Source of the DNA: Candidatus Bathyarchaeum tardum
GTDB taxonomy: Archaea; Thermoproteota; Bathyarchaeia; Bathyarchaeales; Bathyarchaeaceae
Direction: 5' to 3'
DNA: 40,000 bases
Assembly (NCBI GenBank): GCA_024650005.2
Contig: CP122380.1
Location: 1,520,681-1,560,680 of the forward strand
The notes beneath the pieces are model-generated. The model made no database searches. It was not told the origin of the DNA and saw only the letters and a program-made list of their open reading frames with translations. Shown here in pieces: positions 17,479 through 26,876 of the stretch. Both the position numbers and the translations under genes were made by a program. Within the stretch, counting starts at the first letter, position 1; each line of letters begins with the position of its first letter.

Positions 17479-17487
17479 AATGTCTTG

Positions 17488-18330
17488 TTACTCTGTTTGT
17501 TGTTCATCAGTTGGGTTTTGTCCAGTTAAAAATTCTCTGCGCATCAATGCAGGAACAGGCGGCAGTATAGAATTTTTCTTGAATTCTTTTTGGATCATCT
17601 CAGCAATAGTTGACTTAATGAATTCTTCATTTGAAGGGTCATTTATCCAAAACAGGACTTCAATTTCATTAGTCCATTCTTTGTTACGGAAAATAAATCG
17701 AATTTCTCGTTTCCGTTTCAGGTCAAAGACAACTGATTTATTGCTTTTGAGAATTTTTTCAATTATTGATTTTGCTTTTTCAGCATCTACAGTGTAATCA
17801 GTTGCAAAAAACAAAGATGCTACAGATTCAGATGCACCGCTTGTAAGGTTAATGATTTTTTCTTTCATCAACACCGAGTTTGGAATAATTATTTCGTTTC
17901 GGTCATAAGTTTTTAGTTTGGTTGTCCGAAGGGCAATATCTGTAACAGTTCCAGTTAAGTTTCCAATTCGTATTACGTCCCCTATGGAATAGGTTTTTCC
18001 AGAGATTATTAAAATGCCAGAAACCCAGTTTTGAATTATGTCTTGCAAACCAAAACCTATTATCAGTGCACCTACTCCGAGACCTGCTATTGCTGCAGTG
18101 ATGTCTTGGTTTAACAATGAAAGAATAACCATCAAAGCAACAAGATAGATGACTATTTGGAAGAACCGTTTCATATGAACAAGGGTTCCTTTTTGCAGGT
18201 CGCCTCTGTTTTCTAGACGGTTAATTAGTTTATTGAAAATAGTAATAATCAGAAATGCGCCAATTATGGTTGCAATTACCTGCAATACCAGAACAGGGTG
18301 GTCAAATAAATTTTGTATAACGTCAACCAT
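17488..18330 (-). CDS. Small-conductance mechanosensitive channel (MscS family)
   Basis: N-terminal TM helices followed by IGDVIRIGNLTGTVTDIALRTTKLKTYDRNEIIIPNSVL, the MscS beta-domain signature. Confidence 0.85.
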   Translation of the reverse strand: MVDVIQNLFDHPVLVLQVIATIIGAFLIITIFNKLINRLENRGDLQKGTLVHMKRFFQIVIYLVALMVILSLLNQDITAAIAGLGVGALIIGFGLQDIIQNWVSGILIISGKTYSIGDVIRIGNLTGTVTDIALRTTKLKTYDRNEIIIPNSVLMKEKIINLTSGASESVASLFFATDYTVDAEKAKSIIEKILKSNKSVVFDLKRKREIRFIFRNKEWTNEIEVLFWINDPSNEEFIKSTIAEMIQKEFKKNSILPPVPALMRREFLTGQNPTDEQQTE

Positions 18331-18424
18331 GAGCCATTCCTTAACATATTTTATGAAGGTGGTGTTTCTTTTTTAGGTTTTCTAACATTCAATTGCTTGG
18401 TTGTTTTAAATCAACCGGTTTGGT

Positions 18425-19378
18425 TTAGAAAATTACCACTGAGACACCTATTTGTTGCAAAATGAACACCACATAGATTAAACAAAGGAAGATTGCAGAT
18501 TTTTTTGTTATGCGTTCATTTGAGCTTATCATGTACCAGACGCTTAAGGATGAAATTAGGACATAAAACATTATGCTCTGTACTGCAACTACGTTAACTT
18601 CAGAGACAGACAGCAATGAAGTAACACCAAGAATAAGGGTAATATTAGTGATGCAGCTTCCAAGCAAATTTCCAAGAGCCATATTATAAAGTCCTTGCTT
18701 GAGAGCTTGGATTGTAGTTGCAAGTTCAGGCAATGAAGTTCCAAGACCAATTATTGTTGCGCCAATAATAGAGGTAGGTAAACCTATGAAACCTGCAATG
18801 TCAATAGAGCTTTCTACAGCAAAGTCGGATAAAAATATTACAAGTCCAATTCCGATCAAAAATTTTACGACCACAAAAGCTAGGTTTTCATTTTTTTGTT
18901 GTAAAGGTTCTTCTTTAGGGGTAGTTTGTGTTTTGCGGGAAACTGTGACACCAAAATATATGAACATTATCAGAAGTATGATGCCTAAAACGGGTCCAAG
19001 GGTGCCTTGTTGAACAATAAACAGTGGAATGATTGAAGTTAAGAAAAGAAATTGTACAAGTTCTTTTTGGGATTGTCCACCGATTTTGATGTTTTTTCTG
19101 CTGAACAGAATTGCCAATCCAAGGATTATTGTAAGGTTTGCGATGTTTGAACCCAGAACGTTACCAACTGAAAGGTCACCTTCTCCAGCGAGAGATGCAA
19201 CCGTAGACATTGAAAGTTCGGGCAAGGACGTTATGATAGAAAGAAGAACAAATCCTGCTGCCATTTCAGATAGCCCAACGGCTCGGGATAAAACTAGAAC
19301 GTATCTGATGAGTCTGTCGCTGATTAGCATGATTAGAATCAAAGAAGCAGCTAAGATCGGCAAACTGTAAAGTATCAT
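18425..19378 (-). CDS. Na+/Ca2+ exchanger family (CaCA, YrbG-like) membrane protein
   Basis: Two alpha-repeat motifs, GNVLGSNIANLTIILG and GNLLGSCITNITLILG, with LPELSMS and LPELATT; about 10 TM helices. Confidence 0.85.
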   Translation of the reverse strand: MILYSLPILAASLILIMLISDRLIRYVLVLSRAVGLSEMAAGFVLLSIITSLPELSMSTVASLAGEGDLSVGNVLGSNIANLTIILGLAILFSRKNIKIGGQSQKELVQFLFLTSIIPLFIVQQGTLGPVLGIILLIMFIYFGVTVSRKTQTTPKEEPLQQKNENLAFVVVKFLIGIGLVIFLSDFAVESSIDIAGFIGLPTSIIGATIIGLGTSLPELATTIQALKQGLYNMALGNLLGSCITNITLILGVTSLLSVSEVNVVAVQSIMFYVLISSLSVWYMISSNERITKKSAIFLCLIYVVFILQQIGVSVVIF

Positions 19379-19549
19379 TTAAGGCACCTCAAGGGCATTA
19401 TTGGTAATATAAAAGCAAAATGTAAAAGTGAAGCTTTTAAACATTCTAGTTCAATAAACAGTATCGGTAAATTACTTTAACATAATTGATAAAATTTTTT
19501 TAATGCACAAGAAAAGCAGATCAAAGAAAACAGTATATAATTATCGTTT

Positions 19550-20302
19550 TTATTTTTCCGCTAAGAGATAATTCAATAGTTGTTTAGCGTCTGTTGGGGG
19601 ATAGCCTGAATAGTACTTGCTAAAGTAGCCAAAAATTACTGTTTTATTGGAGAGTTGCTGGATTTTTTTCCCCCATTTTTGTGTATCCTCTGTTCTTTCT
19701 TTTTCCACTTTACCTAAGGTTCCTTTGATTTGCATTCGGTTTCCTTCCCATCTGAAATAGGTAAAGTCAGTTGTAACCATATTTAGCTTATTTATCCATG
19801 GACTATCACCTAATACTAATGCAATTTTGTTTTGTTCTAATAAGCTGTAAAATTTTTCATTGTACCAACTTTTGTTTCGTATTTCAAATGCATATCTGAA
19901 TCTTTTTGAGAGAACAGATGTAAAATCTGTTAACGCACCAAAATTTGCTGACGTGAAACTGGGAGGAAATTGGAACAAAACGGGTCCGAGTTTTGTTCCG
20001 AAATTGGATATGGTGCTTAAAAAAAAGTCCAAGTAATCAGGGTTATCTTTTGCTAATTTTTGGTGAGATATTTTTTTGGGGGCTTTGATAGAAAATATGA
20101 AATCAGGTTTTGTTTGTTTCATCCATTTTTTTATTGTTTCAATTGTAGGTATACGATAAAATGTGCTGTTCACTTCAACTGTGTTGAAATGTTGACAATA
20201 TTCTTGAAGGAAGTTTTCAGGTTTCGCAGAAGAAGAGTAAAGCTGGTTTTTCCAAAAATCGTAGCTCCAGCCCATTGTTCCAATGTGAATTTTTTTATTC
20301 AT
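19550..20302 (-). CDS. DUF72 (YecE/UPF0759) family protein
   Basis: IHIGTMGWSYDFW and NTVEVNSTFYRIP are hallmark DUF72 blocks. Its ATG overlaps the ligase stop (ATGAATAA, 8-nt overlap). Confidence 0.8.
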   Translation of the reverse strand: MNKKIHIGTMGWSYDFWKNQLYSSSAKPENFLQEYCQHFNTVEVNSTFYRIPTIETIKKWMKQTKPDFIFSIKAPKKISHQKLAKDNPDYLDFFLSTISNFGTKLGPVLFQFPPSFTSANFGALTDFTSVLSKRFRYAFEIRNKSWYNEKFYSLLEQNKIALVLGDSPWINKLNMVTTDFTYFRWEGNRMQIKGTLGKVEKERTEDTQKWGKKIQQLSNKTVIFGYFSKYYSGYPPTDAKQLLNYLLAEK

Positions 20303-21695
20303 TGTTGTCCCTAACTTTCATAAGCAGCCAGTTGTTTTCTCCACCTTTCTTGAAGCGCACAAGAACATAAGTTCCAGTAAGTTTTTTTCCGTAGGGATTG
20401 AATTCGATCTTGTTTTCTTCCCAAAGTTTTATTCTATAGCTTCCTTTATCCCAGATTTTGACTTCTCCTGCTCCGTATTGACCTTCAGGTATTGTACCTT
20501 GGAATTCTGCATATTCCAAAGGGTGATCTTCAGTTTTTATTGCTAGCCTTTTTATTCCGCTTTTTTGGGGAATTCCTTTAGGTACCGCCCAACTTTTTAG
20601 CACACCATCTTTTTCGAGCCTAAGGTCATAATGTAAATGGCTAGCATTATGTTCCTGAACTACAAAGATTTGAGTGCCCCCACTATTAGTGGAACCTTTT
20701 GGTTCGGGGGTTAGGGTAAAGTTTCTTTTTTTGATATATTCCCCTAGTTTAACTGGTTTTATTTGCTCCAATTTACAATCTAAAGGTTTTTTATCCGACC
20801 GTAATTTGATGAATCTAGGCATTCGCAACTTCCCATCTGAAGTAACTGTTTGGTAACCAATTTTGCAAACAAGAATCGGTTCAACCCATCGAATCTTATC
20901 TGACAGGTTGACAGAAGGTAACGTTTTTTGGTCAACTCGTAGGGTTTGAAGTTCTTGGCTTAATGTGTTCAGTGTTTTTTGGTTGAATCCAGTTCCGACT
21001 TTACCGATATAAACAGGGTTGTTTCCGTCGTATAATCCTAAAATTAGGGCTCCAAAACTATTTTTTCTGTTTCCCATTCCCGGGGTAAAACCAAAAATTA
21101 CACAATCACACTCTTTGACAGGTTTAATTTTAAGCCAGTTACTGCTTCTTTTTCCCGGTTCATATATGCTGTTTTTTTGCTTTGCCATTACACCTTCTAA
21201 ACCTTTTCTAAGTGTTGCCTGATAGTAATCAGCTCCTTTTTCTTCTACAAAAACTGAAAGAATGACGTTTTTTCCCTCGTTCACATTGTTTTCAAGTATT
21301 TTTTTGCGTTCAATTAGAGGTTTGTTTAGTAATGGGTTGCCATCTTTTTCAAGTATATCAAAAAGGATGTAAAGAACAGGGTGCTTTTTTTGCAGATACT
21401 CTATCTCATTTACGGAAGTTGCTTGGATTCTTTTGAGTAGAGTCTCAAAGTCAACTTTTCCATCGTTCATGAGGACTATTTCTCCGTCTAAAACAACATT
21501 ATTAGCTAAATTGTTTAGTTCTTTTAGTTCTGGAAAATTGTTTTTCAGTTCTTTTTGGTTTCGGCTTCTTATACTCAGTGTTCCATCAATGTATGAGATT
21601 GCCCTGATGCCATCCCATTTTAATTCGAATATCCAATCGTTTGAAGAAAAGGGTTCCTCGGCAGTTTTTGCTAACATTGGTTTATATTTTTTCAT
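20295..21695 (-). CDS. ligD: ATP-dependent DNA ligase (LigD-type core) fused to a C-terminal LigD 3'-phosphoesterase (PE) domain
   Basis: Adenylation motif I ELKWDGIRA, with nucleotidyltransferase and OB domains. The C-terminal IFVVQEHNASHLHYDLRLEKDGVLKSWAVPKGIP...EDHPLEYAEFQGTIPEGQYGAGEVKIWDKGSY is the LigD PE signature. ATGA overlap with the Ku stop. Confidence 0.85.
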   Translation of the reverse strand: MKKYKPMLAKTAEEPFSSNDWIFELKWDGIRAISYIDGTLSIRSRNQKELKNNFPELKELNNLANNVVLDGEIVLMNDGKVDFETLLKRIQATSVNEIEYLQKKHPVLYILFDILEKDGNPLLNKPLIERKKILENNVNEGKNVILSVFVEEKGADYYQATLRKGLEGVMAKQKNSIYEPGKRSSNWLKIKPVKECDCVIFGFTPGMGNRKNSFGALILGLYDGNNPVYIGKVGTGFNQKTLNTLSQELQTLRVDQKTLPSVNLSDKIRWVEPILVCKIGYQTVTSDGKLRMPRFIKLRSDKKPLDCKLEQIKPVKLGEYIKKRNFTLTPEPKGSTNSGGTQIFVVQEHNASHLHYDLRLEKDGVLKSWAVPKGIPQKSGIKRLAIKTEDHPLEYAEFQGTIPEGQYGAGEVKIWDKGSYRIKLWEENKIEFNPYGKKLTGTYVLVRFKKGGENNWLLMKVRDNNE

Positions 21696-22486
21696 TTCTG
21701 CTCAATTTTGGTTAAAGTCTCTCTAAGGGCGACCATCAATTCTTTCGCTTCTTCCCTTTGAGGTTTCTCAGGAACTATGGTCTCTCCTTTCTTCTTCTTT
21801 TCAATTAACTTTTCAACTTTTACTCTAAAACCATCTTCATGTTTGGTTATATCAAATTCTCCGGAAAGATTCTCAATTATCTTTGTGGCAAGTTGAAGTT
21901 CTTCTCTAGTCGGCGAGGGAAGATCGTTCAATTCTTCAACGTCAAGGGGGTTAACTATTTCATTTGCATATCTGAGAATGGTCAAAATTAATGATCCCCT
22001 GTAGTCATGGATTATAACAGGATGTTCTTTGTTTTTCATTGTAAATTTGCCTACTCCTGCCATTCCCATTTTTTGGAATGCTGTTAACATAAGGTTGTAA
22101 GCATCTTTGCTTTTGTTTGGGGCGAGAATGTAAGATTTATCAAAGTAAATGGGATCAATTGAAACAAGATTAACAAATTTGTCGATGCGAATTCTTTCGT
22201 CGGATTCCGGCCGTATGGCGTCAAGTTCTTCTTTGGTGAATATAACAAATTCATTTTTGTTAATTTCGTAGCCTTTTACCACTTCTTCCCATGGAATAAC
22301 TTTTTGGTCAAGGGCGCACACTTTTTGGTATTTCAATGGAGACCCGTCATTTTTGTGAAGATACCTAAACGAGATTGTGTTGTCCCGTATCATGGTGTAA
22401 AGTTTAACAGGCACGTTAACTAGCCCAATGCTAATTCTTCCACTCCAAATGGAGCGTTTGGGGGGTTCAGCTTTTGTTTTTTCCAT
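21692..22486 (-). CDS. ku: Ku protein (NHEJ DNA-end-binding)
   Basis: RSIWSGRISIGLVNVPVKLYT is the bacterial-type Ku N-terminus. I placed the start at the internal ATG 22486 (MEKTKAEPP...), 5 nt after the upstream stop. ATG 22498 or the track start 22552 remain possible. Confidence 0.85.
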   Translation of the reverse strand: MEKTKAEPPKRSIWSGRISIGLVNVPVKLYTMIRDNTISFRYLHKNDGSPLKYQKVCALDQKVIPWEEVVKGYEINKNEFVIFTKEELDAIRPESDERIRIDKFVNLVSIDPIYFDKSYILAPNKSKDAYNLMLTAFQKMGMAGVGKFTMKNKEHPVIIHDYRGSLILTILRYANEIVNPLDVEELNDLPSPTREELQLATKIIENLSGEFDITKHEDGFRVKVEKLIEKKKKGETIVPEKPQREEAKELMVALRETLTKIEQK

Positions 22487-22490
22487 AATG

Positions 22491-23348
22491 TTAAACATCC
22501 AATTTTTGTTTATGTTCCCAAAATCCGTTCCAAGGATTTGTTTTAGTCTCAAGCACTGAAAAAATATTGAATTTTTGGGGCTTTAATCTTTTTGTTACTT
22601 GTTCCCAACTTAACGGTGTAGATACTGGAGCTTTTTTTTCAGCCCTTAAGCTGTATGGACAAATCATTGTTTTTCCTACAGAGTTTTGACTGTAATCTAT
22701 GTACACTTTACCGGGGTCTTGTGATTGCGAGAACTCTGACACGATAATTTCATTTTCTTTAGTCAAATATTTTCCGATTTGGTGAACAAACTCTCGGGTC
22801 TGTTTGTAACTATATTTTGGAAGTATTGGCACAATTATATGAAGCCCTTTCTTTCCAGAAGTTTTAGGATACGATTTGAGTGATAAGTTATCTAAAATTT
22901 CCTTTAACAGGTTAGCAACTTTTACTGCATCATTTATGTTAGCTGGCGGTTCAGGGTCAATGTCAAATAAGACCAGATCAGGTTTCTCGTAAGAGTCCGT
23001 TTTGGACAAAGGCATGTGAAGTTCTAAGGCAGCTAAATTAGCCAACCAAAGTAGTGTGTCCAAGTTGTTGCAAACTATGTAGTTAAGGTCTCGTTTTGCA
23101 GTTTTTGAATGTTTTTTGTAAGTCTCTACCCATGAAGGGGTGCCTTTAGGTGCGTTTTTTCCGTAGAAGCCATTTTGGTTTATGCCATTAGGGAACCTAG
23201 TTATCACTAATGGTCTGTCTTTTAAATAATCTAACATCAAAGGGGCAGCTTTGATGTAGTATTCAATAATTTGGCTTTTTTTGATTGCTAAATCAGGGTA
23301 TAGAATTTTGTTAAGATTACTGAAATTGACTTTTGTAAGTGAAGCCAT
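22491..23348 (-). CDS. LigD-type primase-polymerase (AEP, NHEJ polymerase domain), stand-alone
   Basis: NLNKILYPD...RPLVITRFPNG...FYGKN; PDLVLFDIDP; KTSGKKGLHIIVP; VYIDYSQNSVGKTMICPYSLRA...PVSTPLSWEQV. All are LigD Pol-domain blocks. Confidence 0.85.
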   Translation of the reverse strand: MASLTKVNFSNLNKILYPDLAIKKSQIIEYYIKAAPLMLDYLKDRPLVITRFPNGINQNGFYGKNAPKGTPSWVETYKKHSKTAKRDLNYIVCNNLDTLLWLANLAALELHMPLSKTDSYEKPDLVLFDIDPEPPANINDAVKVANLLKEILDNLSLKSYPKTSGKKGLHIIVPILPKYSYKQTREFVHQIGKYLTKENEIIVSEFSQSQDPGKVYIDYSQNSVGKTMICPYSLRAEKKAPVSTPLSWEQVTKRLKPQKFNIFSVLETKTNPWNGFWEHKQKLDV

Positions 23349-23662
23349 TGTTCTCTCCTGACAAATTCTTTTGCATTCAAAGGCATGAAAACAATCAATG
23401 GTCCATCACAATAGATGGGAAATCAATTATGTTTTATATGCACTAAAGGGTTTAAGAGTATTTTCGCTATGTCCACCTCTTTTTAAGCCTTAAAGGCCTT
23501 AATTTTTTAGGCTTTTCCAGCATACTAGATTACCCTAGTGAAGGAACAAAAATGAAAACCAAAATGACACGTCAATACAGAATTCACCGAGGTAAACCCT
23601 ATTAAGGATATAGCTGAATATTTAGCAGGTAACATGACGATGCAATGTAAGGTGAAACGTGA

Positions 23663-23812
23663 ATGAAACTGGTAACTGTTCTTCTTCCAGAAGCCTATTT
23701 GACGGGACTTGACGAACTAGTAAGATCAGGGATGTATCCAAGCCGAAGTGCAGCAATCAGAGCTGCAGTAAGAGACATGCTCAAAAAGGAACTCTGGGGC
23801 AAACGGGAATAA
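23663..23812 (+). CDS. Ribbon-helix-helix (CopG/NikR-type) small DNA-binding protein, 49 aa
   Basis: My own translation gives MKLVTVLLPEAYLTGLDELVRSGMYPSRSAAIRAAVRDMLKKELWGKRE, the classic RHH pattern (beta strand, then LdelV..G.y.SRSeaIR.Al...L). Below the ORF-track cutoff. Confidence 0.6.
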   Translation: MKLVTVLLPEAYLTGLDELVRSGMYPSRSAAIRAAVRDMLKKELWGKRE

Positions 23813-24171
23813 TCTAACAACATTTTCAGAATAATTTTTTTGTTAGATATTATTTTTTGATAGAAATTGCCTTCATTAGCTTTCTTTGTTTTACGTTGCA
23901 ACCAAACAAATACTGTTTCAACTGTAATTATTACAATGCATGAGGAAGTAGCAAGAGTTTCTTTTACCTAAACAGTTCTTCCTGAACGCATGCATCATCA
24001 TCTTCCAAGTAAAAATAAATTTCCTCGTGGATATTGGAGCCTCTGCCTGCTACCCAGCAAAAAATGAATCCAAAACTATACTATCCCCCACAGGGTAAAC
24101 TTCAAGCAAAATTTTTTCCCTAAAAAATCTATTTAAATGAGTTACACACTGAAAATATCTGGTGACCTTTC

Positions 24172-24399
24172 TTGGGGCTTAAACTTCCAAAAACATTGAC
24201 TGAAGAACTAAGTGACAAGGAATTAAAACTGTACCTTGCTCTTATGCTTTACAAAGAAAAGAAAACATCAATAAGCCAAGCAGCCAACCTCGCAGGGTTA
24301 ACCCTTTCTGATTTCATATACGAACTAGGCAAACACAAAATCAGCTTTACAAACATAACTGAACAAGACCTTAAAGAAGAGTTAAGGCGAATAAAGTGA
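24172..24399 (+). CDS. UPF0175-family antitoxin-like protein
   Basis: LALMLYKEKKTSISQAANLAGLTLSDFIYELGKHKISF matches UPF0175 (COG2886). 4-nt overlap with the downstream PIN-like gene. The track start is a TTG. Confidence 0.65.
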   Translation: MGLKLPKTLTEELSDKELKLYLALMLYKEKKTSISQAANLAGLTLSDFIYELGKHKISFTNITEQDLKEELRRIK

Positions 24400-24866
24400 T
24401 TGTATCGGATGCAAGCCCCCTTATAGTCCTGCCCAAAACCAACAACCTTTCAATTTTAAAGAAACTATATGGTAAAATCGTCATTCCAAAAGCGGTAAAA
24501 AAAGAAATAACTGCAAAAGAAAACGAAAAGGCAATCTTCAACAAAATTGAATGGATTGAAGTCAGAACCATAAAAAATACTGGAGTGTTCGCCTTACTGG
24601 AGAAATTAGTAGATAAAGGAGAAGCCGAAGCAATTGTCCTTGCTCAAGAACTGAAAACTACTCTACTTGTAGATGATGCTAAAGCAAGAAAACACGCAAA
24701 ACTGTTGAATATAAACATAATTGGCACCTTGGGATTACTAAAGATGGCAAAAAACCGCGGCTTAATTTCTTCAGCAAAAGAAGTCATAACGGACATGCTA
24801 TCAAAAGGTTACTTCATCGAAGATGAACTCATAAACCTCCTCCTAAAAGATCTTGGAGAGAGATAA
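24396..24866 (+). CDS. PIN-like nucleic-acid-binding protein (DUF3368/COG2405), toxin partner of UPF0175
   Basis: IVSDASPLIVLPKTNNLSILKKLYGKIVIPKAV...GEAEAIVLAQELKTTLLVDDAKARKHAKLLNINIIGTLGLLKMAKNRGLI is the DUF3368 pattern. Confidence 0.7.
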   Translation: MIVSDASPLIVLPKTNNLSILKKLYGKIVIPKAVKKEITAKENEKAIFNKIEWIEVRTIKNTGVFALLEKLVDKGEAEAIVLAQELKTTLLVDDAKARKHAKLLNINIIGTLGLLKMAKNRGLISSAKEVITDMLSKGYFIEDELINLLLKDLGER

Positions 24867-24893
24867 TTTTAATCCAAAAGTAACCGAATCAAA

Positions 24894-25330
24894 TTAATTA
24901 CATTTTTTACAGGATTGTTTTCCAAAGAAAACATCTAGTTTAACTCCAAAATATGCATGGATCAATTTATCTCTCATTACTGACATCTCTTTCCAAGGCA
25001 AGTTGGAGTAATCTTTTCTTACCTTATTTGGAACGTTTTTACTGCTTCACCAATAATTTCAAAATTTTTAACTACGGTATCAACGGTTTTTTATCATTAA
25101 CAAACCCCTTATGTGTAATCTTTTATGCGATTAATGGCTTCAATCATATTTTCAAGGTAGACACGAAAATCTCTCACACGTATACAGCTTCACTTAAAAT
25201 TCTCTCCTCTAAACGAGGCTTTAGAGCACCCTTCATAACCAGGTCAACTTTAACCTCTAAAAGATCATTAAATAATTCTCTATGTCTCTTGCATCTTCAA
25301 CGTAAGACAGTTTGCTACTATCAGATATGA
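24894..25330 (-). pseudogene. Decayed MNT/HEPN (nucleotidyltransferase plus DUF86/HepT) toxin-antitoxin pair
   Basis: The minus strand reads a C-terminal MNT fragment, DLLEVKVDLVMKGALKPRLEERILSEAVYV* (stop at 25174-76). A GTGA-overlapping DUF86-like ORF follows: VRDFRVYLENMIEAINRIKDYT*, with in-frame stops. Next come KTVDTVVKNFEIIGEAVK, a frameshift in an A-run, and NVPNKVRKDYSNLPWKEMSVMRDKLIHAYFGVKLD. The MNT N-terminus is missing. Confidence 0.6.
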
Positions 25331-25457
25331 ACAGGGTGAACGCATCTGAAAAATTTCACTTATTAGATTATTATGTGCATCAAGAAAGTGTAAATTGTTT
25401 AGTGTTTTGTTTTGTTTTCGGTTTTTGACCTTTTGTTTTAAATTTGTGTTTGTTGTT

Positions 25458-26762
25458 ATGTTTTGGGCGGAGCTGTCAAATTTGAAGCTGATTTACATTG
25501 TTATTGACGGAATGGGTGACCTTCCTATAGCTGAACTTGGGGGTAAAACTACTTTGGAAGCTGCACAAACTCCTTTCATGGATTCCCTTGCGAAAAATGG
25601 GCAAACTGGTTTGATGTACACAGTGGGAAAAGGCTTAGCGCCCGAAAGTGATGTTGCTGTTGTTTCTATTTTGGGTTATGATCCTTTCAAGTATCCTATG
25701 AGCCGAGGGGTTCTTGAAGCAGTTGGGTCTCAGATGAACATGGAAAATGGTGATTTGGCTCTTCGTTGTAATTTTGGTACGATAGCAGATGATAATAGTT
25801 CCATTGTTGACCGCAGGGCTGGTCGAGATTTAACTCAACAAGAAGCTGATGAGTTAGCTGAAGCATTAAATAACGAAGTAAAGCTAGAGTCACATCCTGC
25901 GAGTTTTGAAATTAAAAGCACTGCGGTTCATCGGGCAACTTTGATTTTTAAACGCAAAGACGGAAAGCTTTCAGGGAACATCGATAATACTGACCCTGCC
26001 TACAAACGGGTTAACGGAGCCGGGGTAGCTGATTTAGATGCCAAAATGGTTTTGAAGTCATGTGTTCCTTTTGATGACACTGAGGAAGCAAAAGTTGCTG
26101 CAGATTTGGTTAATGAGTTTACTCGCAAAGCAATTGTTGTTTTGAATAACCATGAAGTAAACAAAAAAAGGGTAAAGCAAGGAAAACTCAAAGCTAACGT
26201 TATCCTAGGCAGAAACGCTGGAAGCATTATTCCAGAATTTCCTGCCCTTTGTGATCGTTACGATTTGGGTTTTGTTTGCTTAGCAGACATGAACGTGGAG
26301 CGTGGAATCGCTGCCCTAGCAGGAATGGGTGTAGTTGATATTCCGTTGCCTTCTGATGATTTAGCAAGGGATTGCGAGTTCAGGTTGAAAAAACTTTTTG
26401 AAGTCTTGCCAGATTACGACGTTTTTTACATTCACATCAAAGGTCCCGACGTGCCCGGTCATGACGGGGATTGTAAACAAAAAGCTGAATCGATTTCTAT
26501 TATTGACGAGCATTTTATTGGGGGGTTGCTCAAAAAAATTGATTTAGACGAGTATGTCCTTTGCGTTACAGCTGATCATTCAACTCCCTGTGAATTAATG
26601 TCCCACAGTGACGATCCTGTGCCTGTTCTTGTTTCGGGAAACAACGTGAAAGCTGACAAGGTTCAACGGTTTTCTGAAACAGAATGCAAAAATGGAGAGC
26701 TAGGTGTCCTAACAAAAGGAACCCAGTTGTTGCCTAAACTAATTGAATTCCTGAAAAACTAG
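25458..26762 (+). CDS. apgM: 2,3-bisphosphoglycerate-independent phosphoglycerate mutase, archaeal type
   Basis: LIYIVIDGMGDLP, HIKGPDVPGHDGD and VTADHSTPC are ApgM / alkaline-phosphatase-superfamily blocks. Start moved to ATG 25458, because the track's extra 21 aa (MFSVLFCFRFLTFCFKFVFVV) looks like translated T-rich leader. Confidence 0.85.
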   Translation: MFWAELSNLKLIYIVIDGMGDLPIAELGGKTTLEAAQTPFMDSLAKNGQTGLMYTVGKGLAPESDVAVVSILGYDPFKYPMSRGVLEAVGSQMNMENGDLALRCNFGTIADDNSSIVDRRAGRDLTQQEADELAEALNNEVKLESHPASFEIKSTAVHRATLIFKRKDGKLSGNIDNTDPAYKRVNGAGVADLDAKMVLKSCVPFDDTEEAKVAADLVNEFTRKAIVVLNNHEVNKKRVKQGKLKANVILGRNAGSIIPEFPALCDRYDLGFVCLADMNVERGIAALAGMGVVDIPLPSDDLARDCEFRLKKLFEVLPDYDVFYIHIKGPDVPGHDGDCKQKAESISIIDEHFIGGLLKKIDLDEYVLCVTADHSTPCELMSHSDDPVPVLVSGNNVKADKVQRFSETECKNGELGVLTKGTQLLPKLIEFLKN

Positions 26763-26876
26763 GAACAAAAGTCAAAATTGGATATAGTCCATGGAGATAC
26801 TAACCTAATTTTAGGCTGTAATCCAAGCACGGGTAGGGCATCTAAAAGAATAGATTCTTAAAGGTGAGGTGCAGTT

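Noticed and set aside
23695-23901. 68-aa minus-strand ORF.
   Set aside because: It overlaps, in antisense, the 3' part of the clear 49-aa RHH (CopG-like) ORF on the plus strand.
24953-25330. 125-aa plus-strand ORF from the track.
   Set aside because: The opposite strand carries clear MNT and DUF86/HEPN sequence blocks (a pseudogene), and the plus-strand product has no features.
25395-25457. N-terminal 21-aa extension of apgM (MFSVLFCFRFLTFCFKFVFVV), considered as a signal or TM segment.
   Set aside because: It is a translation of a T-rich leader. ApgM is cytosolic, and homologues start close to the IVIDGMGD block.
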